A stretch of 64,000 nucleotides of DNA from Micrococcales bacterium (GCA_002699445.1 PAAU01000020.1:2532-66531), one strand, 5' to 3'. Positions 44,780 through 56,609 are shown, numbered from the stretch's first letter. Notes: generated by a model from the sequence alone, not told the origin. Program-made: numbers and translations.

Positions 44780-45979
44780 ATGTCTTCCGTCGTTGTCGGC
44801 GTCGGTGGGGGAATCGCCGCTTATAAAGTCGCAGGCTTGGTGCGGTTATTTACCGAGGCTGGCCACGACGTGACGGTTGTTCCCACCCGAGCGGCACTGC
44901 AGTTTGTTGGGGAACCCACCTGGGCCGCTTTATCGGGAAACCCGGTCAGCACCGAGGTGTGGGATCGGGTCCATCAGGTCAACCATGTTGCTGTCGGCAA
45001 ACAAGCGGATCTCGTCGTTATAGCGCCGGCAACTGCGGATTTGATGGGTCGAGCGGCTGCGGGCCTAGCGGACGACTTGTTGACTGCGACCTTGCTTACT
45101 GCGACATGTCCTCTTGTCTTCGCCCCCGCCATGCACACCGAGATGTGGATGCATCCCGCCACTGTGGCCAACGTCGATACCTTGCGGCAGCGAGGGGCGG
45201 TAGTTGTAGAACCGGACAGCGGCCGATTGACCGGTTCTGATTCCGGGCCAGGCCGACTCCCGGAAGTAGAAGCAATCTTTCGCATTGCGACAGAGCTACT
45301 TGCCCCTCCTGACTTAGCTGGCCTAAAAATAGTGGTGACCGCTGGCGGTACCCGGGAGCCTATTGACCCGGTTCGTTTCCTCGGCAATCGTTCGAGTGGC
45401 AAACAGGGGTACGCATTGGCAGCTGCAGCGGCCCGTAGGGGCGCCGACGTTACCTTAATCTCTGCCAATACGTCCTTACCGCCTCCTCCGGATGTGGCGG
45501 TTGTGTCAGTTGAGACTGCAGCTCAACTGGCAACTCAGGTGCATAAATACGCAACCGATGCAGACATCATCGCCATGGCCGCCGCTGTTGCCGATTTCCG
45601 ACCCACCGAGGTTAGCCGGGTGAAGCTGAAGAAAGATTCTGCCGCGGAGCCGGACACGATTGCTTTGGAGCGTAACCCTGACATTCTGCTGGAGTTGGTC
45701 GCTGCCCGGTCATCCGGTCAAGTAGTCGTTGGATTTGCAGCAGAAACCGGCGATGAATCGGCTGAAGTACTCGAATATGGTCGGAAGAAGCTGGCGGCTA
45801 AAGGATGCGATGTTCTCGTGGTCAATGATGTATCAGGCGGTGAAGTATTTGACCGACATGACAACGAGGTCATCGTCCTTGACCGTTTCGGGGGCCAGCG
45901 GCAGTATCCACGCTCAGACAAATCAGTTGTAGCGGACCAAATCTTGGATGCGGTAGCGGACTACCGAGATCAGGACTGA
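44780..45979 (+). CDS. coaBC: Bifunctional phosphopantothenoylcysteine decarboxylase/synthetase
   Basis: Motifs GGIAAYK, APAMHTEMW, TAGGTREPIDPVRFLGNRSSGKQG and GFAAET. Confidence 0.97.
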   Translation: MSSVVVGVGGGIAAYKVAGLVRLFTEAGHDVTVVPTRAALQFVGEPTWAALSGNPVSTEVWDRVHQVNHVAVGKQADLVVIAPATADLMGRAAAGLADDLLTATLLTATCPLVFAPAMHTEMWMHPATVANVDTLRQRGAVVVEPDSGRLTGSDSGPGRLPEVEAIFRIATELLAPPDLAGLKIVVTAGGTREPIDPVRFLGNRSSGKQGYALAAAAARRGADVTLISANTSLPPPPDVAVVSVETAAQLATQVHKYATDADIIAMAAAVADFRPTEVSRVKLKKDSAAEPDTIALERNPDILLELVAARSSGQVVVGFAAETGDESAEVLEYGRKKLAAKGCDVLVVNDVSGGEVFDRHDNEVIVLDRFGGQRQYPRSDKSVVADQILDAVADYRDQD

Positions 45980-46191
45980 CGAGTCGAGCTGTGAGGATCG
46001 CAGCGCCAGCGACGGACCCGCAACAGTTGTTGTCGAGGGAGGCTTGTACCTTAGCCCTGAATGAACCGTTAGAGTCAGGCAGCGGAACGATTATTCAGTG
46101 GTGAAGACGTGGGTGACTAAGTCTGACTGATGTGGCGCCCGCTAGGACTATTCGCGACTGCATGGGCAAGAGCCCATCGTCACGGACGAAG

Positions 46192-46308
46192 TAGGATCCA
46201 TAACTAAATCTGAAATCGAGAATGTGATGTCTGCGGATGTAGGCCGATTTCCCCTCACCTGCTGCATCAACCACGATTCTCCGTAACTAAATCGAAAGAG
46301 GCAGAACA
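46192..46308 (+). promoter_or_regulatory. Structured metK 5' leader (candidate cis-regulatory RNA)
   Basis: -10-like TAGGAT 46192-46197; TAACTAAATC repeated at 46201 and 46284, flanking an imperfect hairpin 46218-46281. Confidence 0.4.
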
Positions 46309-47502
46309 GTGGCTAATCGCCTATTCACATCTGAATCCGTGACCGAGGGTCATCCGGATAAGATGGCGGACCAGATCAGCGATGCCATCCTGGACGACAT
46401 AATTCGTCAGGATCCAGAGAGTCGGGTAGCAGTAGAATCGATGCTCACTACCGGTCAGGTCCATGTAGCCGGAGAGGTCCGCACCAACGGGTTCGCCGAC
46501 ATCATCGAAATCGTCCGTCGAGTCGTGCTGTCCATCGGTTATGACTCTTCCGTTAAGGGATTCGATGGTGACTCATGTGGCGTTTCGGTATCCATCGGCA
46601 AACAGTCACCCGATATTGCGCAGGGTGTTGACGATGCTATGGAAGGCCGCGTGGAGCACAGCGGGGATCCACTAGATCTGCAAGGGGCGGGCGACCAAGG
46701 TCTGATGTTCGGCTATGCCTGCCGCGATACACCGCAGTTGATGCCGCTGCCGATCTCATTGGCGCATTCCATGGCCGCTACTTTGGCTCGAGTTCGCCAT
46801 GACGGAGTGCTGCCATATTTACGTCCTGATGGCAAAACTCAGGTAACGGTTGAGTATGAAAACGATCAGCCAACGCGAGTGGACACCGTAGTTGTCAGTA
46901 CGCAGCACGCCCGCGACATTTCCTTGGAAGGGATGCTGACCCCCGACTTGCGCAAGCACGTTGTGGAGACCGTCCTAGCCGAATATGGCCTGAGCGCCGA
47001 CGGCACCCGACTGTTAGTCAATCCCACTGGGAAATTTGAAATCGGCGGACCGATGGGTGACGCGGGGCTCACTGGTCGGAAAATCATCGTAGATACGTAC
47101 GGCGGCATGGCTCGTCACGGCGGCGGTGCATTCTCGGGTAAGGATCCGTCCAAGGTGGATCGTTCCGCTGCCTACGCGATGCGTTGGGTCGCCAAGAACG
47201 TCGTTGCTGCCGGACTTGCTGATCGCTGTGAAGTCCAGGTTGCCTATGCCATCGGCAAGGCTTACCCAGTGGGTCTCTTTGTTGAGACCTTCGGTACGGA
47301 GTCCGTCCCGGCCGACCAGATTGCCGAGGCAGTTGAGCAGGTATTTGATCTTCGGCCGGCAGCTATCGTGGCGGATCTGGAATTACTCCGTCCCATTTAC
47401 CAGCAAACGGCCGCCTACGGACATTTTGGTCGTGAGTTGCCGGACTTCACCTGGGAGCGCACAAATAAAGCCGATGCTCTAGCGGCCGCGGTGCGCGGTT
47501 GA
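46309..47502 (+). CDS. metK: S-adenosylmethionine synthetase
   Basis: Motifs [19 protein letters not shown] and [16 protein letters not shown]. Confidence 0.98.
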   Translation: MANRLFTSESVTEGHPDKMADQISDAILDDIIRQDPESRVAVESMLTTGQVHVAGEVRTNGFADIIEIVRRVVLSIGYDSSVKGFDGDSCGVSVSIGKQSPDIAQGVDDAMEGRVEHSGDPLDLQGAGDQGLMFGYACRDTPQLMPLPISLAHSMAATLARVRHDGVLPYLRPDGKTQVTVEYENDQPTRVDTVVVSTQHARDISLEGMLTPDLRKHVVETVLAEYGLSADGTRLLVNPTGKFEIGGPMGDAGLTGRKIIVDTYGGMARHGGGAFSGKDPSKVDRSAAYAMRWVAKNVVAAGLADRCEVQVAYAIGKAYPVGLFVETFGTESVPADQIAEAVEQVFDLRPAAIVADLELLRPIYQQTAAYGHFGRELPDFTWERTNKADALAAAVRG

Positions 47503-47509
47503 TCAACAC

Positions 47510-49444
47510 GTGACCGATCAGATTCCGCTGATCGGACCTCGAGGAGGTCTGCTTCCCCGCAGTGCTCGGAAGTCGACGCAAGCAGTAGCTGGCCGAGTGC
47601 AAGTTTTGCTGGAGACTGCGCTGCCGCAGCTCGACCGGTTGCTGGATTTCGCGGTTCCGAAGCGGTTGGCTCAGCAGGCACTTCCTGGAGTCAGAGTCCG
47701 AGTGACCGTCGCGGGTCAGCGACACTCCGGATTCATAGTCGCGGTTGAGCAAGATTCCGACTACGACGGACCATTGCGCCCGTTGGACGCCGTAGTGTCA
47801 TCAGTGCCCGTGCTAACGCCCGAGGTTTTGCAGTTGTGTCAAGCGGTCGCGAGTCATTACGCCGGTGGGCTGAGTGATGTGGTGCGTCTCGCGGTTCCGC
47901 CTCGAGTGGCCAGTTCGGAATCGGGATGGATTGCGGGTGGACCAACGGCAGGTAACGAGGACCCGATCGACTCCAACCTGGCCAGTGCGTTGGATCAATG
48001 TGGTGGGCGAGCGGTATGGACGGTACCACCCGGAACGAGCTGGGTTGCTGATCTAGTCGGTGCTGCCACGACTGTCGCGGCACGTGGTCAGGGGGTTCTG
48101 ATCGTGCTGCCCGATGGCCGTGACGTCGAGCAGATGGAAGCCGAACTAGGTCGGGCGGGAAATCGAAATTTCGCAGTCTTGCGGGCGGAAGAAGGCCCGA
48201 CGGTGCGGTATCGCAATTTCCTGAAAGTGCTCGCCGGAAAGACGCCAGTTGTGATTGGGACACGGGCTGCGGTCTTTGCCCCGGTACCCAACATAGGTCT
48301 GATGATGATGTGGGATGACGGAGATCCGACTCACAGTGATCCCCGTACCCCATATCCGCATGTACGGGAAGTGCTGACACTCCGTAGCCATCTGACCGGG
48401 GCTGGGTTTTTGATAGCCAGTCGCTCCCGGACCTGTGAATCTCAGCGTCTCGTCGAGCGAGGCTGGGCTGCGGACATCAGTGAGCGTCTAGCGCTTCGAG
48501 AGGCCAAGCCGCTGGTCACGACTACCGACGACCGGATCCAGTCACCGCTTGACCTCGTGCGTCGTTTTCCGCAGGCGGCTGTAAACCTGATCAGGCAGGG
48601 CCTCACTGTGGGCCCGGTGCTTATACAAGTGGCTCGTACTGGGTATATCCCGGTGAGCGCTTGCCAGAATTGCCGAAATATAGCGGCGTGCCCCGCATGC
48701 GAGGGTGCAATCGAAGTCACCCCAGGTGGGTCTCAGTGCCGTCGATGCGATTGGTCGGGCGAGTTTCATTGTCCCGAGTGTGGCTCTCATCAGTTGCGTG
48801 CTGTTCGTACCGGGGCTGGCCGAACGGCTGAAGAAGTGGCCCGGCTATTTCCGAGGGTCCCAGTGACGCTACGCATGGCTGGAGAGATCGATGAAACTGA
48901 GATCAGCACCGGCATTGTGGTCGCAACACCAGGTTTAGAGCCGGAACTCCCGGGTGGATACGCGGCTGCATATCTCCCTGATGCCCAAGACGACTTATGG
49001 TTATCTGATGCGCGGGCAGGAGAAAACGCGTTACGCCGATGGTTCAATGCAGTGGCGTTGGTCCGACCGGGAGCCCGCGTCATGATCAATGCTGATCCGG
49101 CGGAAGAGTCGGTGCAAGCACTGATTCGTTGGGATCCGGTGGGTTTCGCAAGAGCTGAGTTGCACATCCGGGCTGAAGCAGAATTACCTCCGGCTCAACG
49201 ACTCGTGCAGTTGGATGGAGGTGAAGCTGCCCTTGGCGGCATAGTGGCAGCGGTTCAGGAGCAGGTGGGATCGTTGAGGGTGCTTGGCCCGCGACAGCTA
49301 GATGATTCAGACCAGTTCCGTACCTTGCTTACTGGTCCGGACGGCGTTGATTTGGTCTCGGCGGTGCGCCGCAGCGTTGTTGCGGCCGCTACCGCCGGGC
49401 GGGAACCGGTGCGGGTTCATGTCGATCCAGTCGAACTGGACTGA
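47510..49444 (+). CDS. priA: Primosomal protein N' (actinobacterial type)
   Basis: LDRLLDF N-terminal domain, GTRAAVFAP, four CxxC Zn motifs and ELPP; between metK and def/fmt. Confidence 0.9.
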   Translation: MTDQIPLIGPRGGLLPRSARKSTQAVAGRVQVLLETALPQLDRLLDFAVPKRLAQQALPGVRVRVTVAGQRHSGFIVAVEQDSDYDGPLRPLDAVVSSVPVLTPEVLQLCQAVASHYAGGLSDVVRLAVPPRVASSESGWIAGGPTAGNEDPIDSNLASALDQCGGRAVWTVPPGTSWVADLVGAATTVAARGQGVLIVLPDGRDVEQMEAELGRAGNRNFAVLRAEEGPTVRYRNFLKVLAGKTPVVIGTRAAVFAPVPNIGLMMMWDDGDPTHSDPRTPYPHVREVLTLRSHLTGAGFLIASRSRTCESQRLVERGWAADISERLALREAKPLVTTTDDRIQSPLDLVRRFPQAAVNLIRQGLTVGPVLIQVARTGYIPVSACQNCRNIAACPACEGAIEVTPGGSQCRRCDWSGEFHCPECGSHQLRAVRTGAGRTAEEVARLFPRVPVTLRMAGEIDETEISTGIVVATPGLEPELPGGYAAAYLPDAQDDLWLSDARAGENALRRWFNAVALVRPGARVMINADPAEESVQALIRWDPVGFARAELHIRAEAELPPAQRLVQLDGGEAALGGIVAAVQEQVGSLRVLGPRQLDDSDQFRTLLTGPDGVDLVSAVRRSVVAAATAGREPVRVHVDPVELD

Positions 49445-49496
49445 CCGCGACAGCTAACGACAAGTAGGCTGGTAACCGAGTCCAAGGAGTGTTGCT

Positions 49497-50042
49497 GTGT
49501 CTGTGAAAGAGATTCGACTGTTCGGCGATCCGGTGTTGCGCACTCCGGCGCAGGAAGTCGACACCTACGACAAAGAGCTGCGTCGTCTGGTGCAAGACCT
49601 CACGGACACCATGTTGGATGCGGGTGGTGCGGGATTGGCCGCCCCACAGCTCGGTGTGGGATTAAGAGTCTTTAGCTGGTGTGTAGACAACGAAGTTGGC
49701 CATTTGATCAATCCTTCTTTGGACCTGTCCGAGGACATCCAAGAGGAGGAAGAGGGCTGCTTGTCTATCCCGGGTGTCTACGTGGACACTCGGCGGTCCT
49801 ATGGAGTCGTGGCTAAGGGTTGGAATATGCACGGTGATCCCGTGACGATCGAGGGCACCGAACTGCTCTCCCGTGCGATCCAGCATGAGACAGACCATCT
49901 TGACGGCATTCTCTTCATCGATCGGTTGGATCCGGAGCAACGTCGTGAGGCCATGAAGCTCATCCGTGAGGCGGAGTGGTTTGGCCAAGAGCAGCCGGTG
50001 ATTAAACAAAGCCCTCACCAAATCTCTGGGAAATGGCTTTAA
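49497..50042 (+). CDS. def: Peptide deformylase
   Basis: Motifs GAGLAAPQ, EGCLS and QHETDHLDG. Confidence 0.97.
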   Translation: MSVKEIRLFGDPVLRTPAQEVDTYDKELRRLVQDLTDTMLDAGGAGLAAPQLGVGLRVFSWCVDNEVGHLINPSLDLSEDIQEEEEGCLSIPGVYVDTRRSYGVVAKGWNMHGDPVTIEGTELLSRAIQHETDHLDGILFIDRLDPEQRREAMKLIREAEWFGQEQPVIKQSPHQISGKWL

Positions 50043-50045
50043 GCA

Positions 50046-50975
50046 GTGAGACTCGTTTTTGCTGGGACACCAGACGCCGCGGTTCCTTCCTTGCGCCGCA
50101 TTCTTGGTTCAGAGCATGAGGTCGTCGCGGTTGTCAGTCGGCCTGATGCGCGAAGTGGGCGCGGGCGCCGGGTTGCTCGTTCGCCAGTTGCAGTTGTGGC
50201 CGATGAGGCGGGTGTACCCGTACTGCAGCCTACGTCGCTCCGTGATGAAGAGTTCTTGGCTGAACTGGTTCGATTAGCTCCCGACGCGGCTCCGGTTGTT
50301 GCCTACGGTGGCCTGATCCCGCCGGCGGCCTTGGAGATACCGAAGCGAGGGTGGATAAATCTGCACTTCTCACTACTGCCAGCCTGGCGGGGTGCGGCTC
50401 CGGTGCAGCATTCGATTTGGGCCGGGGACGATATCACCGGTGCCAGCACTTTCCTCCTCGAAGAAGGCCTCGACACCGGACCGATTTTTGGAACGCTGGT
50501 CGAAGTCTTAGACCCGAAAGACACAACTGGTGCGGTCCTGGAGCGGCTGGCGCATTCAGGCGCTGACCTACTCTTAGCCACTCTCGACGGCCTCGCGGCA
50601 GGGGAACTAGTTCCGCAACCGCAACCAAGTGAAGGAGTGAGCCTGGCGCCAAAGATTAGCTCTGAGGATGCGCGGATCGATTGGAGTCGACCTGGTCTGG
50701 CCATCGAGCGGCAACTGCGGGCGCTGGCTCCAGCTCCTATGGCTTGGACTACCTATCGAAACGAGCGGGTGCGGATTTATCCGGGTCAGTTAGTCTCCGA
50801 TGCTGATCCACTGCCTCCCGGCCATCTCCGGCAGGCAACACGTAATGGTTGGCAGGTCGGTACTGGCTCGCAGGCGTTGCTGTTAGGCGATGTTCAGGCG
50901 GCGGGCAAGAAGAAGATGACTGCGGCCGACTGGTTACGCGGTGTGAATCAACCCGAGACGGAGCCGATGCAGTGA
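50046..50975 (+). CDS. fmt: Methionyl-tRNA formyltransferase
   Basis: Motifs FAGTP, NLHFSLLPAWRGAAP and GLDTGP. Confidence 0.97.
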   Translation: MRLVFAGTPDAAVPSLRRILGSEHEVVAVVSRPDARSGRGRRVARSPVAVVADEAGVPVLQPTSLRDEEFLAELVRLAPDAAPVVAYGGLIPPAALEIPKRGWINLHFSLLPAWRGAAPVQHSIWAGDDITGASTFLLEEGLDTGPIFGTLVEVLDPKDTTGAVLERLAHSGADLLLATLDGLAAGELVPQPQPSEGVSLAPKISSEDARIDWSRPGLAIERQLRALAPAPMAWTTYRNERVRIYPGQLVSDADPLPPGHLRQATRNGWQVGTGSQALLLGDVQAAGKKKMTAADWLRGVNQPETEPMQ

Positions 50976-52393
50976 GCGATCGGCCCCGGCGCCGCCCCAA
51001 ATCTGCTGAAGTAGATCCGGCGCGACTAGCTGCGTACACCCTGCTTCGTGAAGTCGCAGAATCTGGGGCCTACGCAAATCTGGCACTACCGAAAATCTTG
51101 CGGGATAGATCCATCTCTGGCACCGATGCGGCATTCGCCACCGAGTTGGCGTTTGGCACACTGCGCCTGCGGGGCCGATACGACGCCATCATCGCTCAGT
51201 GTTCCAGTCGATCGCTGGACGAGATTGATGATCGAGCGCTAGATGTTTTGCGCTTAGGATGCCACCAAATCCTTGGAATGCGGGTTCCCGACTACGCGGC
51301 AGTGAGTTCGAGTACCGCCCTAGTTCGTCGAGTAGGTAGATCGGGCGCGGCAGGTTTCGTCAACGCCATTTTGCGTCGGATTGCTCAGACTGAGCTGACA
51401 GATTGGTTGGCGACCCTCCCGCCACGGGTCGAACAGGATGGCAACGATCATCTTTTCGCTGTGAACTCGCACCCTCGATGGATCGGAGCAGCACTTGCAG
51501 CGTCTCTGGCCAGTGATGGGCAGGAGGGGAAGTTAGCAGAACTGTTAGCGGCCAATAACTCAGCTGCACCGGTCACCCTGGTGGCTCGACCTGGACGCAT
51601 CTCGGCGGCTGAGTTACAGAAACAATCCGAGGGTGATCCAGGGCGGTACTCTCCATGGGCCGTTCGAATTACTGGAGACCCGGGTCGGATCGAGGCGGTG
51701 CGGAACGGTGACGCGGGTGTCCAGGATGAAGGCAGCCAGTTGATCGCACTTGCGTTGGTGCGGGCCGAAGTCGACTGTGCCGATGATCGATGGCTCGATA
51801 TGTGTGCGGGTCCTGGAGGCAAGGCTGCCGATTTGGCTGGTCTTGCGGAACAAGCAGGAGCAGAATTGACCGCTGTGGAGCAGCACTCTCATCGGGCTGA
51901 TCTGGTAAAACAGACCCTCGGTCCGGATAGTCGGGCTCTGGTGGTTTCAGGTGATGTACGTCAGTTGCCAATAGGTAGCGGTTTCTCTCGAATCTTGCTG
52001 GACGCACCGTGCACTGGGTTGGGTGCTTTACGCCGCAGACCCGACCTACGTTGGCGTCGATCGGCGGCAGATCTGCCGGGTCTGCGGCACTCGCAGCAAG
52101 AGTTACTCGATACGGCGCTGGACTTGCTGCGCCCAGGCGGTGTTGTCGCCTACGCGACATGTTCACCACATCTTGGTGAGACTGATGAAGTGATCGATGC
52201 GGTGATAGCCGACCGAGTCGACGTGGAGCAGCTCAACGCGAGTGAGTTAATTCCGGAAGTGGACGGGGCAGGTTCTGGCGCAGCATTGCGGCTCTGGCCG
52301 CATCGACATGACACCGATGGTATGTATTTGGCCCTATTACGCCGTACTGACAGTTCCGCGAATGAACCTGCGACCAGGTCACCCGACGGATAG
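50972..52393 (+). CDS. rsmB: RsmB/NOP family 16S rRNA m5C methyltransferase
   Basis: NusB-like N-terminus (AYANLAL, FVNAILR); [22 protein letters not shown] and YATCS. GTG 50972 overlaps the fmt stop. Confidence 0.93.
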   Translation: MSDRPRRRPKSAEVDPARLAAYTLLREVAESGAYANLALPKILRDRSISGTDAAFATELAFGTLRLRGRYDAIIAQCSSRSLDEIDDRALDVLRLGCHQILGMRVPDYAAVSSSTALVRRVGRSGAAGFVNAILRRIAQTELTDWLATLPPRVEQDGNDHLFAVNSHPRWIGAALAASLASDGQEGKLAELLAANNSAAPVTLVARPGRISAAELQKQSEGDPGRYSPWAVRITGDPGRIEAVRNGDAGVQDEGSQLIALALVRAEVDCADDRWLDMCAGPGGKAADLAGLAEQAGAELTAVEQHSHRADLVKQTLGPDSRALVVSGDVRQLPIGSGFSRILLDAPCTGLGALRRRPDLRWRRSAADLPGLRHSQQELLDTALDLLRPGGVVAYATCSPHLGETDEVIDAVIADRVDVEQLNASELIPEVDGAGSGAALRLWPHRHDTDGMYLALLRRTDSSANEPATRSPDG

Positions 52394-52403
52394 CCTGCAC
52401 ACC

Positions 52404-53072
52404 GTGGGCCTTCAGATTTCGCCAAGCACCCTGTCCAGCGACTTTGCGATCCTGGCTGAAGAATGCCGACGGGTGTCGTCGGCTGACTGGCTCCATGTCG
52501 ATGTCATGGATAACCATTTTGTACCGAACCTCACCCTTGGGTTACCCGTGGTCGAGTCAATGCTCAAACATGTGGAGCAGCCTATTGATTGTCACTTGAT
52601 GATCGAGGATCCAGACCGATGGGCACCGGCCTACGCCGAGGCTGGCGCGGGCTCGGTGACGTTTCACGTCGAGGCCGCCCATGCTCCCATTCGGTTGGCG
52701 CGAGAAATACGTCACCAAAACGCGCGGGCTGGTATGGCCCTAAAGCCAGCGACCCCGGTGGAACCGTATGCCGAAATGCTGACCGAGATCGACATGCTGC
52801 TCATCATGACGGTGGAACCAGGATTTGGTGGGCAAAAGTTTCTCGATATCGTGGTCCCGAAAATTCAACGGGCTCGAGAGTTGATCAGTGGCCAAGACAT
52901 CGACGTGTGGCTACAGGTAGATGGTGGAGTTTCTGAGGACACCATCGGGATTTGTGCTGAAGCGGGTGCGGATGTTTTCGTAGCTGGCTCTGCCGTCTTC
53001 AATGCAGAAAACCCCAATGATGCCATCACCAAATTGCGTCAGTTGGCTACAGCCGCCCAATCGAATCTCTAG
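52404..53072 (+). CDS. rpe: Ribulose-phosphate 3-epimerase
   Basis: Motifs [29 protein letters not shown] and VDGG. Confidence 0.96.
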   Translation: MGLQISPSTLSSDFAILAEECRRVSSADWLHVDVMDNHFVPNLTLGLPVVESMLKHVEQPIDCHLMIEDPDRWAPAYAEAGAGSVTFHVEAAHAPIRLAREIRHQNARAGMALKPATPVEPYAEMLTEIDMLLIMTVEPGFGGQKFLDIVVPKIQRARELISGQDIDVWLQVDGGVSEDTIGICAEAGADVFVAGSAVFNAENPNDAITKLRQLATAAQSNL

Positions 53073-53177
53073 AAGTTCGACGTCATTCGCGGCTCTTCGG
53101 GTCGCCAAGAACAACCAAATTCGCGGATATCTGATGGAAATTGGTGTCTCAGGGTGTTGGAGCGCGACAATGTGATC

Positions 53178-54194
53178 GTGGAAATAACCGCAGCAATGCA
53201 GAGGGCCATCGAACTGGCTCGGCAATCCGCCAATCCGTCACCCAACCCTCGGGTTGGATGTGTCTTGATCTCTCCAGACGGAGATGTGGTGGGTGAGGGT
53301 TGGCATGACGGGCCTGATCGACCGCACGCTGAGGTGGTAGCGATCACCGAAGCCGGACAGCGTGCGGCAGGCGCGACCGCCGTTGTCACACTCGAGCCTT
53401 GTAACCACACTGGTCGTACCGGACCGTGCGTTCAAGCCCTTGTCGACGCCGGAGTGGGCCGTGTGATTTACGGTCAGTCGGACCCAAATCCCGAAGCAGC
53501 AGGAGGAGCCGGCCAGTTGCGGGCCGCCGGCATCCAGACTGAGGGCGGCCTCATGGCAGCGGAAGCACGCGATCTCAACTACACCTGGTCTTTTGCAATG
53601 GAGCATGGCCGACCCTGGGTGCGGTGGAAGACCGCGGCAACTCTGGATGGTCGGGTTGCTGCGGTTGATGGTTCCAGTCGATGGATCACCGGGGAAGAAG
53701 CCCGCGAGGATGTACATCTACTTCGGGCGGAGGCGGATGCAGTAATGGTAGGAACGGGTACATTATTTTCCGATGATCCGGAACTTACCTGTCGGCTACC
53801 CGAGGTGCAGCGTCAACCGCTGCGAGTGGTCGTCGGACAGCGGGCGGTCCCCGCGAAGGCGCGGATTCGATTGGCCGAGCCAATGTCGGCTTTCGTCCAT
53901 GTTCCTAACCGACAGCCGGAATATGCCCTAGCTGAGTTACGCCGACGAGGTGTGCACAGTGTCTTGTTGGAAGGCGGTCCCACTCTGGCGCGTGCCTTCC
54001 TCAAAGCTGGCTTGGTGGACTCGATCACTTGGTACTGCGCACCACTACTGTTAGGTGCCGGCCGTGAGGTAGTGCCCTCGTTGGGAATCGCGTCGTTAGC
54101 GGCTGCGATGCGCTTCAAGGTGTCCCAGTTGCGCCAGGTGGGGGATGATGTGCGTATCGATATGGAACCGGACCCGGGTCTGGATGGGAGCTAG
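53178..54194 (+). CDS. ribD: Bifunctional riboflavin deaminase/reductase
   Basis: Motifs PNPRVGC, HAE, TLEPCNH, SRWIT and LLEGG. Start uncertain (53154-53196). Confidence 0.94.
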   Translation: MEITAAMQRAIELARQSANPSPNPRVGCVLISPDGDVVGEGWHDGPDRPHAEVVAITEAGQRAAGATAVVTLEPCNHTGRTGPCVQALVDAGVGRVIYGQSDPNPEAAGGAGQLRAAGIQTEGGLMAAEARDLNYTWSFAMEHGRPWVRWKTAATLDGRVAAVDGSSRWITGEEAREDVHLLRAEADAVMVGTGTLFSDDPELTCRLPEVQRQPLRVVVGQRAVPAKARIRLAEPMSAFVHVPNRQPEYALAELRRRGVHSVLLEGGPTLARAFLKAGLVDSITWYCAPLLLGAGREVVPSLGIASLAAAMRFKVSQLRQVGDDVRIDMEPDPGLDGS

Positions 54195-54196
54195 CT

Positions 54197-54808
54197 ATGT
54201 TCACCGGCATCGTGCGGGAAATCGGCCGGGTGGCGCAATTGCAACCGTTAGATACCGGAGAGGTGCGCCTCACTGTTTCAGCTGACGAGGTTTTGCGGGG
54301 TGCGGGTTTGGGTGATTCGATTGCGGTCAACGGGGTATGTCTGACGGTGGCGGCGCAACAGGACACGGCCTTTACCGCTGATGTCATGGCTGAAACGTTA
54401 AGACGATCAACGCTGGGATCATTGATCGATGGCTCGCCGGTAAATTTGGAGCCAGCGGCTACCCCCACGACAGCGCTGGGCGGGCATATCGTGCAGGGCC
54501 ACGTCGATGGAACCGGAACTGTCTTGCGACGCGAGCCCAGCGGAGATTTTGATGAAATTACTTTCGCCCTGCCGTCAGGGTTGGATCGCTATCTGGTGGA
54601 AAAGGGATCCGTCGCAGTGGAAGGAGTCTCACTAACGGTGGCGGCAGTCGGTGAAGAAGACGGTTCCGATTGGTTTCGAGTGGCGCTGATTCCGTCTACG
54701 CTGCAGCACACCACCTTGGGTCAGCTACACAAGGGTGATCAGGTGAATCTGGAAGTGGACGTGCTGGCTAAGTACGTCGAGCGCTTACTGCCGGGAGGCA
54801 CAGCATGA
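54197..54808 (+). CDS. ribE: Riboflavin synthase (alpha)
   Basis: MFTGI N-terminus; [22 protein letters not shown] and VNLEVD. Confidence 0.97.
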   Translation: MFTGIVREIGRVAQLQPLDTGEVRLTVSADEVLRGAGLGDSIAVNGVCLTVAAQQDTAFTADVMAETLRRSTLGSLIDGSPVNLEPAATPTTALGGHIVQGHVDGTGTVLRREPSGDFDEITFALPSGLDRYLVEKGSVAVEGVSLTVAAVGEEDGSDWFRVALIPSTLQHTTLGQLHKGDQVNLEVDVLAKYVERLLPGGTA

Positions 54809-56097
54809 TTCCAGCGGACCGAATGCTTGCTGAAGATGATGAAAATCAGCCGAAGAAGTCGCCAGAACGGGAAGTAGCGCCGACAGAGGTACGGCTTGAT
54901 GTGGTCGTGGATGCTATTGCTGCGATTAGGAGCGGTCATTCGGTCGTGGTCGTGGATGATGCGGATCGAGAAAATGAAGGCGATCTCATCTTCGCCGCGA
55001 GTCGTGCGACACCAGAAATTGTCGGGTTCATGATTCGCCACACTTCTGGAGTGGTGTGTGTGCCGATGGAAGCAGAGCAACTGGATCGACTTGAGCTGCC
55101 GCCAATGACGGCAGTCAATCAGGATAGTAAGCAAACCGCGTATGCGGTGTCGGTCGATGCCCGGGATGGGATCAGCACCGGAATATCGGCCGCGGACCGA
55201 GCTCACACCATTAAGGTCCTTGCAGATTCGGCTACCGAACCGTGGGAGTTGACCCGTCCCGGGCACATTTTTCCGCTTCGCGCGGTCCCGGGGGGCGTGC
55301 TCCGTCGAGCGGGTCACACCGAGGCTGCTGTTGATTTGGCAAGACTCGCGGGTCTTACTCCGGCTGGTGCAATCGCTGAGTTAGTGCACGAAGATGGATC
55401 GATGATGCGTGCTCCCGAGTGCCGGGAGTTCGCAGACGAGCATGGCCTGACCATGATTTCCATCGCGGACCTGATCGCCTACGTCCGTCGCACCGAGACT
55501 CAAGTTGAGCGAGTAGTCGAGACCGAGTTGCCGACCGAGTTCGGAGATTTCCGCGCTATCGGTTACCGATCCACCATCGATGGCCAAGACCACATTGCCC
55601 TAGTGACGGGTGATGTGGGCGATGGTCAAGACCTGCTGGTTCGAGTTCATTCAGAATGTCTTACGGGCGATGCGTTGGGGTCGGTGCGTTGTGATTGCGG
55701 GCCGCAGTTGCACACTGCGCTACGCGCTGTTGCCGAGGAGGGTCGTGGCGTCGTGTTGTATTTGCGGGGTCATGAAGGTCGCGGAATTGGACTGCTGCAA
55801 AAGCTACATGCCTACCGGCTTCAGGATGCTGGTCGAGATACGGTCGACGCCAATCTGGATCTCGGTCTCCCGGCAGACGCCCGAGAATACGGAACGGGTG
55901 CGCAAATTCTGGCCGATCTAGGGATAAAGACGGTGCGATTGTTGACCAATAATCCTGCCAAGCGAGCGGGTCTAGAAGGCTATGGCATCAGGATCGTCGA
56001 TCGAATCCCGCTCGTTGTAGGGCAAACTGAACACAACCAGGAGTACCTGCGCACAAAACAACTGCGCATGGGTCACGAGATAGCACAGGAGTGGTGA
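54805..56097 (+). CDS. ribBA: Bifunctional DHBP synthase / GTP cyclohydrolase II
   Basis: Motifs [34 protein letters not shown] and LTNNP. Confidence 0.97.
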   Translation: MIPADRMLAEDDENQPKKSPEREVAPTEVRLDVVVDAIAAIRSGHSVVVVDDADRENEGDLIFAASRATPEIVGFMIRHTSGVVCVPMEAEQLDRLELPPMTAVNQDSKQTAYAVSVDARDGISTGISAADRAHTIKVLADSATEPWELTRPGHIFPLRAVPGGVLRRAGHTEAAVDLARLAGLTPAGAIAELVHEDGSMMRAPECREFADEHGLTMISIADLIAYVRRTETQVERVVETELPTEFGDFRAIGYRSTIDGQDHIALVTGDVGDGQDLLVRVHSECLTGDALGSVRCDCGPQLHTALRAVAEEGRGVVLYLRGHEGRGIGLLQKLHAYRLQDAGRDTVDANLDLGLPADAREYGTGAQILADLGIKTVRLLTNNPAKRAGLEGYGIRIVDRIPLVVGQTEHNQEYLRTKQLRMGHEIAQEW

Positions 56098-56600
56098 TGA
56101 GTGGAATCGGAGCCCCGGCTCGAGCATCGGAAATCTCCGGCCTACGGGTCGCCGTAGTAGCCGCTTCGTGGCATGAAGAAGTTATGTCGGGTCTGATTGC
56201 TGGGGCCCAAAATCAGGCACGCAAGCAAGACGTCGCAACAGAGCTTTTCCGGGTTCCTGGTTCCTTCGAGCTACCTATCGTAGCTATGCGGGCTGCGACG
56301 TCAGGCTATGACGCGGTGATCGCACTGGGGGTGATCGTGCGCGGTGGCACTCCACATTTCGACTACGTGTGTCAGGCCGCCACCGATGGTTTGGCTCAGG
56401 TTGCCCTGACGACTGGAGTCCCGGTTGGGTTCGGCGTTCTTACCTGCGATGACCTCGATCAGGCGCTGGACCGTGCCGGCTTATCGGGCAGCAACGAGGA
56501 TAAGGGTGGAGAAGCGTTGGCCTCGGCGGTCAGCACTCTCGCGACCCTTCGAGATATTGGTAGCGGCCAGCGCCCCTATGCTGGCTTTACACCATCCTAG
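56097..56600 (+). CDS. ribH: 6,7-dimethyl-8-ribityllumazine synthase
   Basis: Motifs [23 protein letters not shown] and GFGVLT. Confidence 0.96.
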   Translation: MSGIGAPARASEISGLRVAVVAASWHEEVMSGLIAGAQNQARKQDVATELFRVPGSFELPIVAMRAATSGYDAVIALGVIVRGGTPHFDYVCQAATDGLAQVALTTGVPVGFGVLTCDDLDQALDRAGLSGSNEDKGGEALASAVSTLATLRDIGSGQRPYAGFTPS

Positions 56601-56609
56601 GGAGTGGCA

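Noticed and set aside
47510-49444. Primosomal PriA lacking Walker A/DEAH helicase motifs
   Set aside because: Helicase-motif-deficient PriA is already known in actinobacteria, so this is neither novel nor a pseudogene.
53073-53177. Expected FMN riboswitch upstream of the rib cluster
   Set aside because: The gap is too short and lacks the AGGGCGGGGUG/CCGAC core; ribD looks leaderless.
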